Shown: piece after piece, positions 27,404-32,000 of the stretch | Numbering within the stretch: position 1 is the stretch's first letter | Layout: every line of letters begins with the position of its first letter | Assembly: GCF_052907605.1 (NCBI RefSeq) | Contig: NZ_CM128582.1 | DNA length: 32,000 nucleotides | Strand: one strand, 5' to 3' | Notes under the pieces: model-generated | Told to the model about the DNA's origin: nothing | What the model saw: only the letters and a program-made list of their open reading frames with translations | The model's database searches: none | Program-made: the position numbers and the translations under genes

Positions 27404-27429
27404 TGTGCATTACTTAACCGGAGTAAGTT

Positions 27430-28305
27430 ATGGCAGATTTAGACGATATTAAAGATGGTAAAGATTTTCGTACCGATCAACCGCAACAAAATATCCCTTT
27501 TACCCTGAAAGGTTGCGGTGCGCTGGATTGGGGAATGCAGTCACGCTTATCGCGGATATTTAATCCGAAAACGGGTAATACCGTGATGCTGGCCTTTGAT
27601 CATGGTTATTTTCAGGGGCCGACTACCGGACTTGAACGCATTGATATAAATATCGCCCCGCTGTTTGAACATGCCGATGTATTAATGTGTACGCGCGGCA
27701 TTTTGCGCAGCGTAGTTCCCCCAGCGACCAATAAGCCGGTGGTACTGCGGGCGTCAGGTGCGAACTCTATTCTGGCGGAATTAAGTAATGAAGCCGTGGC
27801 GTTATCGATGGATGATGCCGTGCGCCTGAACAGTTGCGCGGTGGCGGCGCAGGTTTATATCGGCAGCGAATATGAACATCAGTCGATCAAAAATATTATT
27901 CAACTGGTTGATGCCGGAATGAAAGTGGGAATGCCGACCATGGCCGTGACTGGCGTGGGCAAAGATATGGTGCGCGATCAGCGTTATTTCTCGCTCGCGA
28001 CTCGAATCGCCGCTGAAATGGGGGCGCAAATTATCAAAACCTATTATGTCGAAAAAGGTTTTGAACGGATTGTTGCCGGATGTCCGGTACCCATTGTTAT
28101 TGCTGGCGGTAAAAAATTACCGGAGCGCGAGGCGCTGGAAATGTGCTGGCAGGCTATCGATCAGGGCGCTTCTGGTGTGGATATGGGGCGTAATATTTTC
28201 CAGTCTGACCATCCGGTGGCGATGATGAAAGCCGTACAGGCGGTGGTTCACCATAACGAAACGGCTGATCGGGCATATGAACTCTATCTGAGTGAAAAAC
28301 AGTAA
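27430..28305 (+). CDS. lsrF: 3-hydroxy-5-phosphonooxypentane-2,4-dione thiolase (class I aldolase fold)
   Basis: 291 aa, DeoC/FbaB-like. It sits in the fifth position of the lsr operon. Confidence 0.95.
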   Translation: MADLDDIKDGKDFRTDQPQQNIPFTLKGCGALDWGMQSRLSRIFNPKTGNTVMLAFDHGYFQGPTTGLERIDINIAPLFEHADVLMCTRGILRSVVPPATNKPVVLRASGANSILAELSNEAVALSMDDAVRLNSCAVAAQVYIGSEYEHQSIKNIIQLVDAGMKVGMPTMAVTGVGKDMVRDQRYFSLATRIAAEMGAQIIKTYYVEKGFERIVAGCPVPIVIAGGKKLPEREALEMCWQAIDQGASGVDMGRNIFQSDHPVAMMKAVQAVVHHNETADRAYELYLSEKQ

Positions 28306-28328
28306 CTGCGGATTTAAGGAGAAGAATT

Positions 28329-28619
28329 ATGCACGTCACACTGGTTGAAATTAACGTTCATGAAGACAAGGTTGACGAGTTTATCGAAGTTTTTCGCCAG
28401 AACCACCTGGGCTCTGTACAGGAAGAAGGCAATTTGCGCTTCGATGTCTTACAGGACCCGGAAGTGAATTCGCGCTTTTATATCTACGAAGCCTATAAAG
28501 ATGAAGACGCAGTGGCGTTCCATAAAACCACGCCCCACTACAAAACCTGTGTCGCGAAACTGGAATCTTTAATGACCGGGCCGCGTAAAAAACGTCTGTT
28601 CAATGGTTTGATGCCGTGA
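28329..28619 (+). CDS. lsrG: Phospho-AI-2 isomerase
   Basis: 96 aa, ABM/antibiotic-monooxygenase-like fold. It is the last gene of the lsr operon. Confidence 0.95.
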   Translation: MHVTLVEINVHEDKVDEFIEVFRQNHLGSVQEEGNLRFDVLQDPEVNSRFYIYEAYKDEDAVAFHKTTPHYKTCVAKLESLMTGPRKKRLFNGLMP

Positions 28620-28675
28620 GGCGAATTTATCAATTTTATCTACAATTGGGGTAACGCGCTGACGGGAGTAAAAAA

Positions 28676-29434
28676 ATGTCTGACTGGAACCCCTCTTTAT
28701 ATTTGCACTTTTCCGCTGAACGATCGCGTCCGGCGGTGGAGCTGCTTGCCAGAGTGCCGCTGGAAAATGTCGAATATGTTGCCGATCTTGGCTGTGGCCC
28801 AGGTAACAGCACCGCCCTTCTACAACAACGTTGGCCTGCGGCCAGGATAACAGGCATCGACTCGTCTCCGGCGATGATTGCTGAAGCGCGCAGTGCTTTG
28901 CCAGACTGCCAGTTCGTGGAAGCAGACATCCGCAACTGGCAACCGGTACAGGCACTCGATCTGATTTTTGCTAATGCCTCACTGCAATGGCTGCCCGACC
29001 ACTACGAATTGTTTCCTCATCTGGTTTCTTTACTTAATCCGCAGGGCGTGCTGGCAGTACAGATGCCAGATAACTGGCTGGAGCCGACCCATGTGCTCAT
29101 GCGCGAAGTTGCCTGGGAACAAAACTACCCGGATCGCGGGCGTGAGCCGTTGGCTGGCGTTCATGCTTACTACGATATTTTGAGCGAAGCCGGATGTGAG
29201 GTCGATATCTGGCGAACCACCTACTATCACCAGATGCCGTCACACCAGGCGATTATCGATTGGGTGACTGCCACTGGATTACGTCCGTGGTTACAGGATC
29301 TGACCGAGAGCGAACAGCAGCTTTTTCTTAAGCGCTACCATCAGATGCTGGAAGAGCAGTATCCACTGCAAGAGAACGGACAGATACTGCTGGCATTTCC
29401 GCGTCTGTTTATTGTTGCCCGGCGTATGGAGTAA
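28676..29434 (+). CDS. tam: Trans-aconitate 2-methyltransferase
   Basis: 252 aa with the SAM-binding motif [12 protein letters not shown]. Confidence 0.9.
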
Positions 29435-29437
29435 ATA

Positions 29438-30352
29438 TCACGTCAGCTGGTAATGACGATCGGGAAGAATTTTTGCTGGAATTTCGGCTTCATCGTTCAT
29501 CTGTAACAGGTCAATTTCAATAGCGTTGCAGATGGCATCCAGTGGTAAATCATTGTTTTCAGTACCGAACGGATCTTCCAGTTCTTCCGCCAGACAATCC
29601 AGCGAAATAAAAGTGTAGGAAATCAGCACAGAGATAAAAGGCGTCATGTAATGCAGGTCCACGACCAGCGCGAACGGCAGCATGATACAAAACAGATAAA
29701 CGGTACGATGCAAAATCAGGGTGTAGGCAAAGGGAATTGGCGTATAGGCAATGCGCTCGCATCCTGCCAGGACCGCTGAAATATCATTAAGCCGATCGTT
29801 GAGGCTAATAAACAGGATATCTGAAAGCTGTCCATTGCGGCGCTGAACCGCCAACCATTCTCCCATTATTAACAAGATACGGTTAGCTGGAGAGTTCGAA
29901 GCCAGTACACGCTGAAGATCTTTAGTCTTGAGATAATGAGCCAGCACTTCCGCCTGTGGCTGTTTGCGTAATGTCATGCGTAAACAGTGGGCGAAAGCGA
30001 TTTGCAGCCGGGCAAACTCCCTTACACTTGCCGAATCCGGCAATGTCGTTTTTACCTCGCGCAGTAACGACCGTGAGGCAATCATCAACTGCCCCCAAAG
30101 TTTTCGCGCTTCAACGTAACGGGCGTACCCGGCATTATTACGAAAACCAAGAAAAATGGCGATGGCGACACCGAGAATGCTGAACGGTGCGAGGGTGAAT
30201 TTGATGCCCAGATGCGTGTACCAGGGCAGCATGAAAATAACAGCGATAGAAAAGAGAAAATTGAGTAGTAAGCGCGAGGATATCTTGGATAATACTGAGC
30301 CGTGCCAGACAAAAATACGGCGCAGCCAGTGTTGTTGTGGACGAACAATCAT
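29438..30352 (-). CDS. yneE: Bestrophin-family anion channel homologue
   Basis: 304 aa starting MIVRPQQHWLRRIFVWHGSVL, polytopic. The track ORF carries 17 extra N-terminal codons. The gene is convergent with tam, and the two stop codons are 3 nt apart. Confidence 0.85.
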   Translation of the reverse strand: MIVRPQQHWLRRIFVWHGSVLSKISSRLLLNFLFSIAVIFMLPWYTHLGIKFTLAPFSILGVAIAIFLGFRNNAGYARYVEARKLWGQLMIASRSLLREVKTTLPDSASVREFARLQIAFAHCLRMTLRKQPQAEVLAHYLKTKDLQRVLASNSPANRILLIMGEWLAVQRRNGQLSDILFISLNDRLNDISAVLAGCERIAYTPIPFAYTLILHRTVYLFCIMLPFALVVDLHYMTPFISVLISYTFISLDCLAEELEDPFGTENNDLPLDAICNAIEIDLLQMNDEAEIPAKILPDRHYQLT

Positions 30353-30521
30353 GGTTATCTTCAGGCGTGGAAAAGTCGCCCTATTAAACGTGATTACGAT
30401 CACATTCTCAAGATGCTACTTACAAATTACCTACAAGCTTACAACATTAGCAGGCGCTGCATGTGGCACCTGTTAATGATAAAGGCATATAGGATGTTGT
30501 AACTAATATAGTGAAATAAGA

Positions 30522-30541
30522 AACCCGGTCGAAACCGGGTT
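30522..30541 (-). terminator. uxaB rho-independent terminator
   Basis: AACCCGGT-CGAA-ACCGGGTT. On the minus strand it is followed by TCTTATTTC and lies 17 nt after the uxaB stop. Confidence 0.7.
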
Positions 30542-30558
30542 CAGAAGTAACGGTGTTA

Positions 30559-32000
30559 TTAGCACAACGGACGTACAGCTTCGCGCATCCCTTTTTCAAG
30601 AATCGCATCCAGGTCATTAGCAACCTGCTCGACCAGACCAGGCACTTGCGTCAGGTCCTGCTCCCAGTGGTCTTTTTCTGCCAAAACAATCGCTACCAGT
30701 TCCTGGGTGCCGATAACACGGTCACGATGCTGGCTCCAGAGTTGCTGATAACGTTCCAGCCAGTGTGCATCGTCCTGTACCGGATATGTTTCTCCGTTAC
30801 GCTCACCGCGATAGAAGGCAATCAATGCCGCTAATGCGAAAGTAAGGCGCGCCGGAAGTGTGCCTTTTGCCTTCTGCCCTGCCAGCAGCTGCGGCAGGAT
30901 GCGAGTGCGGAACTTGGTCATACCGTTGAGCGCGATAGACAGCAGCTGATGCTTAATGTACGGGTTACGGAAACGCCCGGTGACTGCACTGGCGAAAGAT
31001 TCCAGTTCATCACGAGGCAAATCCAGTACCGGAATAATTTCTTCGTAGATAGCTTTTTCAACGAATGCGCAAATTTCAGCATCGTTCATCGCTTCACCTA
31101 CGGTATCCAGCCCTGCCTGGAACGCCACCGGCACCAGCGCGGTGTGCGCACCGTTGAGGATTGCCACTTTGCGTTCTTTGTACGGTTTAATATCGTCAAC
31201 AATCAGCACGTTGAGCGGATATTTGTCCAGACGCAGTTCAGTCGCTAAGGATTTCGGTCCCTGAATCACAAACAGGTAAAAGTGTTCAGCGGTGTCGAGA
31301 AAACCATCGTGATAACCCAATTCTTCTTCCAGTTTAGCCACTTCATCGCGCGGATAACCGGTAACGATACGGTCCACCAGCGTAGAACAGAAGCTGTTAG
31401 CCTGATCCAGCCATTGAATAAATGCTTCTGGCAGTGCCCACTCTTGCGCATAGCGCAGCACCAGTTCACGCAACGCGTCGCCATTGTAGTCAATCAACTC
31501 ACACGGAATGATGATCCAACCTTTATCCAGCGCACCGTTGAAATGGCTAAAGCGTTCGAACAGCAGACGGGTCAGTTTTGCCGGATAGCTTACCGCTGGC
31601 GCGTCATCGAATTTATCGCCCGCATGGTAGCTGATACCCGCTTCGGTGGTGTTAGAGAAAACAAAGCGCATTTCCGGGTTGTGCGCCAGTTTCAGGAATT
31701 CATCGTATTCACTGTAGACGCTGATTTCACGATTAACCGAGCGAATCAGACGCGCGTCGCTGACCGCTTCCCCCTTCTCATTCAGGCCACGGATAATGGT
31801 GGTGTACAGACCATCCTGCGTGCTCAGTGACGGCGGGAATGAAGTTTCAATCGGACGAACAACGACCACGCCAGAATTCAGATCGGTGTGCTCATTCAGG
31901 AGATCGATTTGCCAGTCAACAAAGGCGCGCAGGAAGTTACCTTCACCAAAATGAATGATACGTTCTGGATACTGTGCACCGGGAAAATCGCGACGATTTA
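30559..32000 (-). CDS. uxaB: Altronate oxidoreductase (tagaturonate reductase). The first few codons lie beyond the window end.
   Basis: The frame is open to the window edge. Upstream of the track's Met it reads ..[51 protein letters not shown].., a mannitol-dehydrogenase-family N-terminus. Confidence 0.9.
   Translation of the reverse strand, partial: NRRDFPGAQYPERIIHFGEGNFLRAFVDWQIDLLNEHTDLNSGVVVVRPIETSFPPSLSTQDGLYTTIIRGLNEKGEAVSDARLIRSVNREISVYSEYDEFLKLAHNPEMRFVFSNTTEAGISYHAGDKFDDAPAVSYPAKLTRLLFERFSHFNGALDKGWIIIPCELIDYNGDALRELVLRYAQEWALPEAFIQWLDQANSFCSTLVDRIVTGYPRDEVAKLEEELGYHDGFLDTAEHFYLFVIQGPKSLATELRLDKYPLNVLIVDDIKPYKERKVAILNGAHTALVPVAFQAGLDTVGEAMNDAEICAFVEKAIYEEIIPVLDLPRDELESFASAVTGRFRNPYIKHQLLSIALNGMTKFRTRILPQLLAGQKAKGTLPARLTFALAALIAFYRGERNGETYPVQDDAHWLERYQQLWSQHRDRVIGTQELVAIVLAEKDHWEQDLTQVPGLVEQVANDLDAILEKGMREAVRPLC

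Overview
Escherichia coli chromosome, replication-terminus region. From memory, the gene order matches K-12: ydeP, ydeQRS, ydeT' (truncated usher), yneL' (AraC fragment), dif, hipAB, yneO' (frameshifted autotransporter), lsrKR / lsrACDBFG, tam, yneE, uxaB. The one large departure is an ~8.8 kb insertion (about 5621-14390) exactly at dif. It is an apparently intact filamentous (Inoviridae) prophage with the Ff gene order II-V-VII-IX-VIII-III-VI-I-IV on the minus strand, plus a divergent 62-aa ribbon-helix-helix-like regulator. Its left end abuts a canonical 28-bp dif (5593-5620). Its right end keeps two inverted dif-like sites around a GC hairpin (14308-14401), which is the layout of a CTXphi-type folded single-strand attP. 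Three further structures inside the prophage deserve follow-up. (1) A 339-bp tandem repeat (2.2 copies) fills an unusual 786-bp non-coding gap between gene I and gene IV, and each copy opens with ~65 nt resembling the ColE1/pMB1 primosome-assembly-site region. (2) An 8-bp-phased TGCA array lies in the Rep/regulator control region. (3) The Rep is of the phiX174-A/P2-A two-tyrosine HUH type, joined to Ff-like morphogenesis genes. The rest of the window is ordinary core genome: hipBA with its four operators, and an intact lsr autoinducer-2 regulon. No tRNA, rRNA, CRISPR array or IS element was seen.
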